Positions 1 through 13,691 of a DNA stretch of 46,821 nt are shown piece by piece (positions within the stretch are counted from its first letter, which is position 1; each line of letters begins with the position of its first letter). The position numbers and the translations under genes are program-made. The notes below the pieces were generated by a model. That model had not been told where the DNA came from, ran no database searches, and worked only from the letters and a program-made list of their open reading frames with translations. The DNA is taken from NCBI GenBank assembly GCA_000320545.1, contig ADNK01000042.1:1-46821 (forward strand), read 5' to 3'. This stretch comes from Bigelowiella natans CCMP2755 (lineage: Eukaryota; Protista; Cercozoa).

Positions 1-96
1 ATTTGTTTATCGAACCTTTCGTCTGAAGTGGTAATGCTACGTGTGCCCTATTACTGCTTACTCCTGAAAAATCTCAACCTTCTTATTATGACCCAG

Positions 97-549
97 ACAT
101 CTCTGAAGAGGATAAATTATGGACTCCAGCTGCTCGCGAGACACGTGAGATTGCCTTCCCCCCCTCTTACCTTCTCATTTTTCAAAAAAGATAGGGGCAT
201 ACTATCTAGCTATTCGCGGCTTCTGATTCGAGTTTTCTTCGCGAATGCCCGGTTTTTATTGTTGTGATATATGCCGTTCAGTGGACGAGAAGAAGAGGAG
301 AGTCCGGCTCTTTCTGAAACAGTTGTGGAGGAATGAGAAGCTCAACGACGACACGTATCTCGTAGTGGCAACGCACTCTGGGTATGCGATCGAGCTTAAT
401 TGTCTTATTTTCTATCTGTGATGTTATTTGTCAACCCATATTCGGACATGTGCAGGTGGATCAACGCCTTCCTGCGGGAACTTCACGTGATTGATGAAGC
501 CAGTCGGTGGAAACCAGCAAATGCTCAGATGATGGGGGTAATAACTTAA
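97..549 (+). CDS. 3' exons of a histidine phosphatase / phosphoglycerate mutase-like protein (5' part outside the window)
   Basis: Manual GT-AG splicing of 97-144, 282-381 and 457-549 gives DISEEDKLWTPAARETLDEKKRRVRLFLKQLWRNEKLNDDTYLVVATHSGWINAFLRELHVIDEASRWKPANAQMMGVIT*. The 'D.LW....RE' and 'VVATHSG' segments match the C-terminal half of the histidine phosphatase family. Confidence 0.75.
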
Positions 550-603
550 TGTTGGTCTTCTTCGATGTCTTATCAATGATGAACTTTTGACAAAAGATAC
601 CGT

Positions 604-606
<3 letters not shown>

Positions 607-637
<31 letters not shown>
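607..637. repeat. (CA)n microsatellite
   Basis: Directly visible. Confidence 0.95.
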
Positions 638-643
<6 letters not shown>

Positions 644-984
644 GACATATACATACCCCGATGTGTAGTTACTCAGCACAAGAGCATAAGCCGTTGTGTG
701 TATAATGTTACAGCTTGTGGTGAAAATGGAGTAAAATTGGAGTTCTCAAGGTTGTGATAGTTCAGATGCACATTAGAGTCCAAAACTATTCTTGTTGCGA
801 TAATCGGATGGCTATCATGTGAAATTATCCAGTTGTTCATCAGTGAGTACATCCATCGTCTTCCTTTTTTTGCTATTCTCACAATGATTGTTCGCCTGAT
901 GAGCAATGATGCCAAAGAATTTGCTCAGATATATGCGCAACGTTGTCATCCAATTAAAAACTTGACTCACACCATCATATTCGA

Positions 985-1490
985 TCAAATGCTAGAATGC
1001 TAGAATGGCTTTACAAGACTGCTCACTTTCGTCACACAGTCACTAGCTAGCTAGCATGACTAGCTAGCTAGCTAGCAGCTAGCTCTAGAGCTAGATGACA
1101 CATTGTTTGTCTTGATGGTCTAGCTAGCTAGCTAGCTAGATCTAGAGATGCATGCTAGCAGAGAAATCTAGAAATGCTGCGTGCTAGCATGCTAGCATGG
1201 CATGTTGAAAGCACAACTGCAGCGCCGTGCTTGCATTGCTGGCTAGCTAGTTGTCAAGTTGTTGCGACACAAATGACCAATCTAGCAATCTCGCAATATC
1301 TAAATCTAGCAATGCTAGAATGTGTAGACCAACATCTCTAGCTAGCTAGATCTCTTGCGATTTAGACGCAGCTAGCAGCTAGCTAGCTCTAGAGCTAGAG
1401 AGCTGTGGCTAGCTAGGTAGTAATTCAAATTTAAGGTGCATGCTAGCTAGCTAGCACTAGAGCATGCTAGCTAGCCTAGCAGCCAGATTT
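985..1490. repeat. CTAG/AGCT-rich, TpA-depleted low-complexity intergenic tract
   Basis: Dozens of CTAG, often tandem (gctagctagctag), mixed with CATG/TGCA. Between about 1014 and 1295 every TA lies within CTAG. Confidence 0.85.
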
Positions 1491-1720
1491 ATTAGAGAAT
1501 GGGCGAATTGAATGCATGTGATTTCTCAGGAACAAAATTTGTGCAAGTTGCATCTTTGTAAATCATCGAACGGCATTACATTCTCCTCTGCATGCATTCA
1601 GATAGCTACAAATGTAACACATACACATGTACATATTTATATTTAAGATGTCTGTAATCGTGGTGCACCAGTGGTATGGCGGTTGTTACGCGGATCACAC
1701 GACCCACCCATTATCCTCAT

Positions 1721-4700
1721 TTACACATGGGATTCTGCATGAGGGGAACGCACTCCAGAAATTGCACTGTCTCCAAATTTGCTACTGGTAGGACCTCCGG
1801 TCTTCAATTTCTGAAGGGACATTCCGCGATCAGATTTGTTTTCCGCCAAAGCCGGGTGATAGTTCTTCGCCCCCTGCAGATCCATGGGTATTAAAGACAA
1901 AACATGTTATATTTCTTTATTTGTTCTTACGTCAGGCTTCACAGCTTCAATGGTCTTTGGTCCCCGGCTGGATGTACATTTTGCACAGTCAGAAAAGATT
2001 CCCAAACAAGAGGTTCAATGATGCGCAGAAAATGCAATGATTGTTCATGGTTGTTCCCATCTGGAAGATGGAGTGTAGCTCACCGCCAGAGCACGATGGA
2101 CCAGCTGATCAAACCGACTCCGATCAAGGGGAAAACTACAGCAACGACGATCCTGCAAGAATGTCCCCTTGTTACGAGAATTCAATTGAGACAGAAGGAT
2201 CACTTACGCAGCGATTCGTGGGACATAAACATTATTGTAGAATGCTTCAGCATCCTCATCATCGATTGTTCGCCGCTCGTCCGCATAGTACACTGGAAGA
2301 TAAAGGGAAGAGTTGCGTGTAAACAACATCTGGTAGTACCTAAAAGTAAACAACCAGAAATAAATTTTGATTTGCCGTTCTACTCTCCTCCCGTATCACT
2401 TCCTTCCTTCCCATTCATTCAAATGGAAAATTAAGCTTTTGCACTTACGCAGAGTCAAATGTGTCTGCAGAAATACGTAGCCCAGCGAGAAGTTTCAATT
2501 CAACATTCATCGTTGCTCCAGACCAAGGTTCGATTTGAAGCTGTAGGACATGAATTTTTATTATTTCCTTCTCACTTCACGAGAGGGAAAGTCACGTACA
2601 AATGAAGCCGCTGTCTCACGAGACTCATCTCCGAAGTTCAGAGGAGTGAAAGTATTTCTGGCACGTCCATCCTACATTGAAATTACCAAGTTCTAACTTG
2701 TGAATCACATAAATTTATTGGTTCGCTTACTGTACCACATTGCTGGCGAAACCTTGCTCTGCAAACACCACCGGTGCGTCGAACTAATTATATAGACTCT
2801 GAAGCTAAAACGACAATGAAGGCGATGTATCCTTATTACCACAGCTGTGGAGATGTCAATTAATCCTACTTCCCTATCGTTTCCAGTACTTCGATCAGCG
2901 GATCCATTGACACTATAAAACCTGTATTCACAATTTAAGAAATCTTTAAGTGGGTAATCAATCCAGCTGGTTTGTTCGTTCCTACTGTGGTCCCCAGAAT
3001 TCATTGACTCCATCGATTCCGAAAATACGATCATCCACAACATACCTGCAACAGGTTTATATGAGATGCAGCAGAATACTCACATTCAGATTTCATATGA
3101 AACTTTGTTATTCATACTCATCGACGAGAAGTCGTTTGAGCTCTACTCCACTTGCAAATCTGATTGGAACCTTCAATAAAAGATGAAAGTTCTTAGGTTC
3201 CACCCAATTATTCGGATGAGTTCCCATACGTTGCGGCGCCCCAAGTCAAACCAGAAGACAATTACACTGTTATCAGGAAGATGTGCATGAGATACAATTT
3301 ATTCAAGTAGAAGTTGAGTGCACACATACTCCTGTGCTCCATTCTCATGCTCTGGATCATGGAAGGGTTCTGTCAGCCCTCCTGTTTCGGACCCTCGAAT
3401 AAACTCTCTGTTCTCCCAGACAAGATCATTTTGCTTGCCCAAATTGCCTGAAAGTGTTTTCTCAATTATATCACTCTCTGCACGTAATGTTTGTCATTCT
3501 TTAACTCACCGCAAAAATCAGCGTTTTCTCCGAAACATGAGCTCTGAAAACCCCAACATATGAACATTTTGGTTACGAGGTGAAGTATTATATTAGCAAA
3601 ACCTTCCAGAGGTCTTCTACCGTATTGAAGTCGGTCACCTACAAGTTCCAAGATTCCCAATGCTTAGAGAATTTATGATTGAGGACAAGCGATGCACTTA
3701 CCCCTTCCCATTGAATCCATGTTCGCGCATCATTGAAATCTTGTACTCCTCGATTGAGAATGTTCCGACGATCAATACCGTTAGTTTCGAACTCATCTCT
3801 GAGGATGAAGATAACGCTCATAACCGCCCCGCTCGTGTAATCAATTGCATATCGTACGTCTTAAATCATATCTGTTGATGTGTAAGAACTTACGCTTGCT
3901 CTTGCGCCTCATCAGCATCGCCTCGTTGTAGAACAATCGTTCCAATAATACCACCCGATCTTATATTTATGGTTACCAAAAACATTTTACAAATACTTTC
4001 GATGTCATTGCTTAGTCATCCATTACGCTTCTTCTGCTCCAAGAGCAAGGCCAAGCGAGTCTTGATAGCCATTAAACTGTTCTCGAAGGGTGAAAAGCCC
4101 GAAAATACCTTTCGATGTCGAAATTTGAATGTATACAGAAATAAAAATGGCGTAAGATTCAACCTGAAGCACGGATTCCGTTCGGATTCATTGCTGATAC
4201 TCCAGGGGGGTTTGTTAGAATGCCAATTCCGGTGACTGGGTCTCGTTCCGCTGCACTTCCTCTGACCTGAATCAAAGGAAAGCTGACTCGTTAATTAAAC
4301 ATTTTTTTTAATATATCAGATTGCGGAGCCCTTACAATGTCATCGAAGAACAAGTTCTCCCCAACGTTTCGGACCACATAGGTGTAAAACTATGGTATAT
4401 TTGAAGCAGTAGTTAGAGCTAATCGCATGATGAAAGTATTCGTTTTTGCGATGATATACGGATTTCTAACCTCATTGAGAAGTTAATTACCTGGCGAATG
4501 TTAACACAATTTGGATCTAGACCAGCACCCAGAAGGGCAGGGAAAGCAGGCCCAAGTAGAAAATTTAAACGTGCACAAACAGCGGTATCTTTTTTAAAAA
4601 AAAAAGATAAAATTGATAAAACGTTAGTAAACGTCACATCAATGCATTACGACTCATAACCTAATACTAAAAGATAATCTCATACCGATGCCAAGTCCCG

Positions 4701-7700
4701 CAATATCCACTCCTTGAAGTGAAAACGAGGGAGGAAGAATACCAAATTCCGCAAAGGTACTTTGGGTGCCAATCCAGAAAGCCCCAGTCTAAAAGGCATA
4801 AATTAATTCCCTCAGAAATTGAAACATTTAATAAATTAATAAAATTGCCAAAAATGTATTTTACGAGTTGCACGTCCGAAAAGACAGAGAAGAAAGCTTG
4901 CACCTGGGAATATTAAATAAACAAAATATCAGAGAAACTCATAGACACCATCGAAGAAATATTCGGATTCTTTTTGAGTACTTGGGCGTCGTTAAGGAAT
5001 GTAAACTCTGGAGGAATTACAACTGCTTGGTCGACGAAACTGACGGCCGGTACAATATTGCCTAATAAAACATTTAGAAGGTGAGTTAGGCGGATAATTA
5101 GACTGTGGTGTATCTTGCCTTGTTCTATTCCTTCTGTCCCGGATAAAAACGTTGACATCTAGAAAAGATAATGTTTTATACTATTGATACTATTGACGAA
5201 TTAACGTAAAATTCAAATAACGCTAACCTCAGCAAAATTGTCAGAGACTCCAAAGGCTGTTTGGAAGTCTAACCTGAATTAAACTAGTGAATGGTAATTT
5301 TTTTTGGGATAATGTAGCATTGTTACAGTGAAAGATTTCCTAGTCTTTGGGTAGGATTTGCGATAAGGCTCAGGCCCGCCACACCAAATGTAGTGCCACC
5401 AGCAAGGAAGCCAAGGACATCAGACCGGGCTAAATGTGTATTTGTATTACAAAAAGATTCTACTCGCTCTCAATTTTGCGATTTACAGATTATTACCAAA
5501 TTGACGTCGAGAAAGCTCCTCCCACGAGTTTGTTGTTGGAAAGTTTAAGGGTGAGAAGTCGATGGGAATGCCCGCGATAGGAATAGGAGCCGCAGCAGTA
5601 AGTGTAAAAGCGCGATTCAACGAGATGAGCGACAACAGCTCATATTCTTCTTCACCTTGAAATTTCGAACATCTTAAAACATTTGCTTGGTATTTCTATT
5701 AATAAAATGATCTCTAGTTATGGTTCTGCTGTAATAAAAGCATCACCTCCAGGCACTGGTGTCAAAGTGATTGAGTTGTTGAAAAGGTTCTGGATGTATC
5801 CACAAATTACAAGTACTTCCGGTCTGCGACAAAATAAATCATATTCGGACTTTAATGGATAGTTGTGAAAACGAACCCCCCAAGGCCCAGAACACTTTCA
5901 AATGCGCCGCGGGTACCCCTGGACACAACAACAACAATTTACAATACATTATAAAATATCTACATACACATGGAAATCTAGAGTAGTTTCTAGTAACGAT
6001 GACACTCACATGACTGTTGGGTCGACACAACCCGGTTCAAGACCTACAAAACTGACATTTAGAAATCGGAAAAAACACGTGTTTGCATTGATAGATTAGT
6101 AGATTAAAGTACTAACCAGATGGACAAGATTGACACACCAAACCCCACGCTTGAACACCGCTGAGACTTGTCTGTCCAAATAAGCAAGTTAGCCTGTGGT
6201 AACGATAACAATTATAATCATGTTTGCTATTATGTAACCAGTGAAAGAGGATTCGTAGTGTCCCACAATGCTCTGATAAAAATTGACCATAATGAGAAAC
6301 TAAATGAACGAAATTAAGTTGTGAATTAGATTCATTTTGATACAGTCTTTGAAGAGAATCCAACGGTGTCGGGGGGACAGGGAACGTCACAGGATCCGTT
6401 GCAGCAAAAGCAAAGGTTAGACCAATTCTGGGAAAAAATAATATAAACTGAGTGGATCGGTGGTCAGTAGAAACGAGATATTATAGACTGAACTCGAATG
6501 CAGTTGTATTCGTTGCACCCCCAGTAAGAAGCTTTAGCGGTGTACTATCAGTGTTTGCCCACTAATGGCAAATATATTTAGGAAAAGATCAGAGAGGTAT
6601 AATTGAACAACAAACCTGGTCGATGAGCGCTGGGGTGGGGTCACACACAAGAGGGTTTGCAACCCCGGGACAACTATACAAGGGGGTGCAATCGAACGGT
6701 CCCGGTGGGCAGTTCCTGAAGGTTATCAGAGGTATAAATGTGAAACTTTGAACTGCACAACTAATCTGCAGATCTACATCATAAGATCGTTTGGAATTTC
6801 AAGCAGATAGAGACGGATGCTGAGAAGCTTTAGAGCAGTAGCAACGCTTCCAAACCGGCTTCCATACAACTAGATAAGTGATAATTTAATTAAGTCAGAC
6901 AAATCAGATGTTTTGACATCTAGAATTCGACAATCAACTAACATCAGTGAAGGTTTGCATGGCTATATTAGTCCCAAAGATTGCAGCGTTTGTTTCACTT
7001 CCGAGTGCTCCAACCCCGCCAATGTAAGCAGCCTGTATATCGATATTCAATGGCATAAATGCATATATGCATAAATAGGATTATTCGGTTACATTCAGGG
7101 AAACGATGGCGTTGTCAAGGTCAAATAACTGAGGCACGTCCGAACGAAAGACATACTCGCTCCATACCAGAAACTAATCAGGAAAACGGATAATTTATGA
7201 TGGATCATTTCCTGGTTTTCTTTTTTTCCGGTGGGACAAAAAGCACCTCAAATCCGTCAGTCCCATTCACATTAGGGTAAGAAAGATTGAAGCGATGGAA
7301 AAATGCCTGAAAGCGCATTGGACCGACCTAGAGTGTGATTATGTTTTTTTGTTAGCTACAAACTAAATGAATTTGTCTTAAAATTTAGACCTCAAGGACT
7401 TCAAGTTTAGCTCCGGTGGTAAGTGCTTCGTTGACGTTGGTGAAGTTATACAAATAGTAATCGCGAAACTAAATCCACATGACGTTATCAAAGCAACAAT
7501 TCCGATACTAATTGTGGAAAGATACCGTGAAGGGGTTCAGAAACTCATCATAAGCTGAAACCATTCGATAAAATCGGAATTAGAACATGGTTAAGCATCA
7601 AATCTTCTTTAAAGAGAGGACCTTCGTCACTCAGGCTTCCTTGCCCAACTTGAATTTGCTAAGAAGTTAAAGTTCAGACTTTCAAATTCAGCCTTTCAAG

Positions 7701-7889
7701 TCTGAATTTAAAAACTTTGGTACCCTTGATTCGATCATCGCATCGTCTAAGACTCTGCGAGTGATGAATGGCGCAGCAATCCCCATTGCAATGAGTAAGG
7801 TGCCTGAAAATCAAAAGTATGAAAAAAAATATCGACGCAATTTCTAGCATTTGTTAACCTGCAATGGGAAGGGCAATCTTTGTGGCCAT
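1721..7889 (-). CDS. CD36 / scavenger receptor class B (LIMP-2/LmpA-like) membrane protein with many short introns
   Basis: Spliced minus-strand peptides include an N-terminal TM (MATKIALPIAGTLLIAMGIAAPFI) and FRDYYLYNFTNVNEALTTGAKLEVLEVGP (CD36 'FYFFNVTNP..GAKP.L.EVGP'). They also include WENREFIRGSETGG, FDAPVVF, LQIEPWSGATMNVELKL (CD36 'LDIEP.TG'), YLPVYYADERRTID, a C-terminal TM (IVVAVVFPLIGVGLISWSIVLW) and a tail ending HAESHV* at 1721. Confidence 0.88.
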
Positions 7890-8339
7890 ATTGTTGCACA
7901 TGATTACGCTTAGCCAGCCTCGTAGCAATAGACTCTTTTAAGAAAGCATTCTATTACATTTTAACAATTCATGCGGAGAAGGATAAATTTATTTGAAAGC
8001 ATCGCAAGTAGAACGAAGATACTGATGGGGGAACAGACAAAGGTCTTGCAGCGTTTGGTATGTGTCAAACGTGTGATATCTATGTCTTTGACCAAAGCGC
8101 CTTGCTTCATCCCAAAATTTTCTCGTCTCATTTGGTTTCAGTGAAAATCCCGCCTTTTATTTGTCATTCGTGCTGAACGCGTGCCATGAGGAAAAAAATT
8201 AATTGTGAAGTCTCGAGCATCCAATGGAGAAAATGCAGGTGCGACTCAAAAATACAAGTTCTTTCCGCCATTTTCCGACCTGGTGGGGGGGGGTTAGTGC
8301 CCCAGAGCGCACTAGTTTGCCACACTGGGTTTTGAGGCA
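7890..8339. promoter_or_regulatory. Putative bidirectional promoter between the CD36-like gene and the receptor-like gene
   Basis: Inferred only from the head-to-head gene geometry. Confidence 0.3.
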
Positions 8340-10562
8340 ATGACGAAGACAGTCAAAAAAGCAACAAAAGGCAGATTTAACATCATAAAACGGCCTGTAT
8401 TTCCATCATTCTTCGCTGCACTAAAAACAATTGTTACTTCTCTATTATTGGTCAGGAACGAAGAGCAAAAATGATAAATTCCCGAAGCTTCATGATAGAT
8501 CTAGATCTAGGATCCCGAAATAGATCTAGGGAATGCCGGGATTCCGCGAACGAAAACCGAGTTTCGTGAAGGAATAACGGGATTCAGTGGTAAAATCCCC
8601 GACTGGAAAAAAGACTACCGCTTCTTTGTTCTTTGTGGTTGCCGAAACGAAGCCGAAACGCCACTGCTGCGAGTGTCTATCAAGGATTGCTTGATTGATG
8701 GGAGGAGCGTCGCAGCACCCGACCCCAACACACTCCGCCCTCCGGAAAACGAACTGTGCTCCCCGGACTGGGTGGAGTGAGTGAAAGAGGGGCTCTTTCC
8801 TTTGAAAACAGGACACCCACTTCGTACCTGCACACTCAGCGGTAGGGAGGAGGAGTGGGGTGAGTAGTTGATGTTTGATGTGGGTTACAGGCGATACACT
8901 TTAGATGTTGTTACTTTGGTCCAGGAGAATGTTCTGGCGGTTGCTATTGCTTGGATTGGTGCTCGGTACTTACTACTCGATCACCATGTTATTAGCTGGT
9001 TAATGAATGACTGTATGCCACATTTGAATTAAAATTCTAATCAGGCTTTGTGGCCTGCCAAGAGGAAGAGGACACCGAAGAGCCCACTACACATGAAGAG
9101 GGCCCAGAATTGGTTCCGACGATTTCTCCAAGAATTTCCACGCATCATCCGATAACCGGGTCGCCTTTCACTTTGAGCCCTTTCACGTTGAGTCCCACAG
9201 CAACGTTTAACCCGACTTCCAGCTCTCCAACTGCCAGCTATACTCCCACCTCGAGCCCCATCGAAGGACCGGTACAAAGCAATACGTTGCACTTGCACAT
9301 ACACAAATATTATAAAAAAATCATATAAATACATATTCTAAGGCAGAATATCAGACACTCTGGTCAATTCATCACGTGCTTCCTATTCCCTTCTGTCGGT
9401 CTCTTTCGTCTTCGCCTTGCTACATTGCATAGGATCGCTGTTTTCAGCCAAACGCAAGCCGAACTGGGGAGCCGCTACAGTCCGAGTACACCAACTGTGT
9501 CTTTCTTGCTGACAGCATGTATTGCCCTCCCTGCGCGTTCGGGAGGATGCTCAAGTTCAACACAACATCGCTCTCTGTATCATACATCGGAAACACGATA
9601 TACAACACTGAATACCACGTATGCGTGGCAGTAGAAACGGTGGGACGCATCTACTGCGTCCCCGTAACTGAGGGCTCTGATTCGTTTTACCCCATGATGG
9701 TCGATGTCACAACTGGCTACTTCCAATATCTGAGCAATAATGCTGGCGAGATGGGAGGGAGGGCTTTCAGTACCACGGCTGGGAAGCCATGCCATGTGTT
9801 CCGTGGTGAGATCGTTTACTGTGCCCCGGACTATGCAAAGCAGGTCCTCAAGATCAACACGACCGTGCAATACGGCGTCACCGAGTGGGTTGGCCCCGAA
9901 TTCACGAAGACCGGGTATAAGTGGAAAAGCTGCGGCGTTGTCGGATCTCGAATGTTCTGTGTGCCGGGGCTGGGGGGACACGACAGGATTCTCATCCTCG
10001 ATATGGCGACAGAGGCTGTTCGCGAAATCGGGACCGCAGCAAACGACTTGATGAACCACCAGAAACTCATTCGTGCTGGAACGGCTCTCTACGCTCTGCC
10101 GTGGAATACAAAGAAGGGCCCTGTCAAGATCGATACTTTAACTGAGACAGCGGTGCTTCTCACCAATTGCACGGGCAACGGCCTTGCCAGTCCGCAAAGA
10201 AACAACAGCTGCTTCACAGGCACTCGGAGCGATGCAGGACGTTATGTTGCGGCTTTTAAAGTTGGTTCCAAGATCTTTGCCATGGGGAACGTAGACCAGC
10301 GTGTCATGGTCATTAACATCGAGAATGACACTGTGGCCTTCGTCGATATCAATAATCGTGGATTCCTGGCTTGCATCAACATCCAGAGGTAGATTTCAAT
10401 GCGCGTCGTTTGTCGTTCAGGCGTACTACTGCATCCCACAACCACCATATTTTATGCGATCTACTTGCCACTCGGAAGAGTTGGATAGAAGAGAACGCCA
10501 GATGTCAGAGAGAGGAGTGAGAGAATAAAGGGGTAAATAAATAAACCAGCATCTTCCTGCTT

Positions 10563-10608
<46 letters not shown>

Positions 10609-11445
10609 TCCGTTTCACATATTCACACCGCCGCCTCGAAACTACAAAACTACTACCACTACTGCTCCTACCACAAAACCTTGTCAGGAAGATCGTCTGC
10701 GCCCCCGGGGACGCTGAGCTTAACAGAAATGGCGCGATGTGGTTCGATACAGACACCGGGAGCACTGGCCAGATCTCCATAAACAACGAGATAATGCCAG
10801 AGGGCGAGCCAGACTACAGCCACTGCAGCCAAGGTGAAAGCTCAATCTTCTGCTCCCCGACAAACTACGGGGGGGATACCATTGTGCCCAAGATCCTCGA
10901 GATAGACCCGTTCTGCGAGGTCAGGCTTGCACCTAGACAATGAAAGCAGAGGAGTGACTCGATTGTACTTGCTTACTAACGACCATAATCTGCAGGGAAC
11001 GCGCTCGCCAACGACGACGTTGAACCCGACTTTGTCGCCTACTCTTTCCCCCACGGGGCCGACGAGATACCCTACTCCATTCCCTACCCCGGCGCAAGGA
11101 CTCTTCTGCCAAGAAGGCCAAGGGTAACTATCACTGTTGCTCTTGTGTTTGTTTTTGGCTATGGTTTTCAAAGCGCTTGTGTGTTGTCTATTCGCAATGT
11201 ATGTGGCTATGTAACGTTGAGATATTGTGTGGATGTGTGCATACCAGGTTCTTGAGATCTGGCAACGTGTACACCTCAGTATATCTCAACAATATCCGAT
11301 GCAGATTTCGTATCAACGGGACACTGGTAAACAAGTTTAGAAGGAGGAGGGAGGATGCAGCACGGAGCACCGCCTAGTGTTCAATCATGTTCTATGCACG
11401 CTACCCATCAGGATCCCATTCTCTCTCTCTCTTTCTCTCTCTCTG

Positions 11446-11487
<42 letters not shown>

Positions 11488-11948
11488 TCCCCCTTCATAC
11501 ACACACAAACACACATGATTACATGCTTAAGTACACAATGGATTCTTTGATCGGTTCTCATTACTACAGCTACGATTTCCAAAGTTCGATGTACGAGATG
11601 GCGACTACTTGTACATCAAAGAGGGTACCATGAATTTTGTGCACGTTGTACGCGTGGAAGGAGACGGGAAGGAGCAGAAGAATCAGAGAAAGGGAGAGAC
11701 AAAGAGAAAGCGGACAAAAAAATCTATCTCATTGAATATTTTTGTTTAATTCGATAGGATCAGACGTATCATTTTATGAAAACGGAGCAGGAACGTACAA
11801 CTTCACAGAGTCAAATCCACCTCCCTCTGTACTGTTTTCGAGGTAATGATGGAAATATATCTATGGTAATATGTGACGTAGGAAACTGTGATTCCATATC
11901 AAACCATGCACAAAATGAAAGTCGTGCGCCTAAATACATAACAAAAGA

Positions 11949-12015
<67 letters not shown>

Positions 12016-13648
12016 TCATCCAAACCTACAAAATATCATCATCATCTATACCTACGAAATTGCTCCTATCTGTGTGGTGCTCATACCCCTTCCCGAAACG
12101 TTCATTGCGGCCCTGTTAAGCTCGGGGTTCTTCTCTGTATTTTGGAGCACGGACGAAGCGAACTTCGGTGCTGGATGGGAGCTCACGACTCTGAATTTCT
12201 CCCAATGCACGTCAGGCCAAATCATCCTCAACGGTCAACACCCAGCGTGAATATACTACCCCCACGCGCCTTACGCCCCGCTTTTCTCCCCCTTCTTCTC
12301 ATTGCTAGTGTCACCTGACCGGGGGGACTAAACCTCTGTTCTTCCATATTTAAAAAAACGACAGAGCTCTACGAGCGAGGAGGCAACGGCGCTCTCAGGC
12401 TGATGAATCTCACGTGCGGGGATTGCCCTGCTGGAAAGTTCCAACCCAGTCCGAACCCCGACAACTCAAGTGCTTGCTCTCTTTGCCCTGCAGGCTCGAA
12501 GGCCGCGGTTAGGAGCGCAGCGTGCACTCTCTGTGTAGGGGATAGGTACTAGCACTAGTATAGTAGTAGTGATAGTTGAGTGAGAGGTAGTTATTTTATT
12601 AATCAGTGCTCTCAGAATTGAGACTGGTGGTGGTGGTGATGATGATGATGATGATGAAGACATCGCTTTTGCAGACTTAAAGAAATGTTTTTACCGAACA
12701 GCTATTCTACTGCGGGCTCAGGCAGCTGTACCTCCTGCTCTGGAACGAATCAGGTGCAAGAAGACAACAAATGAGCAACATTAAACAGAGAAAACAACAA
12801 CGATCTTCGAACACCATCAATTGATCTGATGAAAATCACACACACACACACACACAGCATATAAGCATTCAATATATAAATTACAATATGTGGGCGCTCG
12901 GTGCGTGTATTGTTTCTCTCTCAGATTCCAAACTCCGATTTCACGGGGTGTGAAAAGTGTCCAGAGCTGAGCTACACGTTTGGTGATTCGAACGCCTGCT
13001 GCCCGATATTCTCCCAAGTACAAAAGAACATCGTAGCAGCGGCGAATGCAACCACCTCCTCCTCTTCCTCCACGCTTCGCAACATCTCTCGGCGAGACAC
13101 CTGCGTGTGTGACACAGGCTACTTCTACTACCGTGTAGATGTGGATAAATACAGCAACCCTACTGAGTGCGTACAGTGCCCCGCCAACGGCGTGTGCGTG
13201 AAGCTCGACAAGAACGGAGAGGAATGCTTCCAAAGCTGTGGCTCGCAATACGAACGAGGAGTCCCTGATTCCCTCGTTGCTCCAAAGAGCGGCTACTGGG
13301 TGGACCAGTTCTCTGAAAGGTTGCGACTATCCCAACGTTGTGTTCTCGGCGCTCGCGTGCATGTACACACATGCGCACACATCCAGCAGCTGCGGCAGAT
13401 TCGCCGAGGGTAGGGTCGGGCAACGAACGAAGAATGAGAGCTACAACATACATACATAGCACACACACATAGAGATATGGCGGGATGTCAATGATTTATT
13501 AGCATTCACATGTGTGTGTGTGCCCTGGACCAGGCTCGACTTCATCAAATGCCCCAATGAAAACGCATGCGAAGGCAAGCGTGGCCAATGTGCTAAAGGG
13601 TACAGAATCATACAGAACAAACACCCGTACACGCACAGACACGCAGAG

Positions 13649-13691
<43 letters not shown>

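Noticed and set aside
673-960. Short minus-strand ORF in the first spacer
   Set aside because: No motif or splice support. At most it is a decayed relic.
985-1490. CpG-methylation decay or fungal-type RIP as the cause of the odd spacers
   Set aside because: CpG persists in the tracts (abundant at 21-22 kb), and RIP would increase TpA rather than remove it.
2840-2844. Possible 5-nt micro-exon (CTGTG) in the CD36-like gene
   Set aside because: A single intron from the GAA|gtagga donor to the same acceptor is also in frame, so the micro-exon is not required.
8495-8532. TCTAGGG / agatctag repeats resembling the chlorarachniophyte nucleomorph telomere unit
   Set aside because: Only one full unit, internal to a gene region, with no array.
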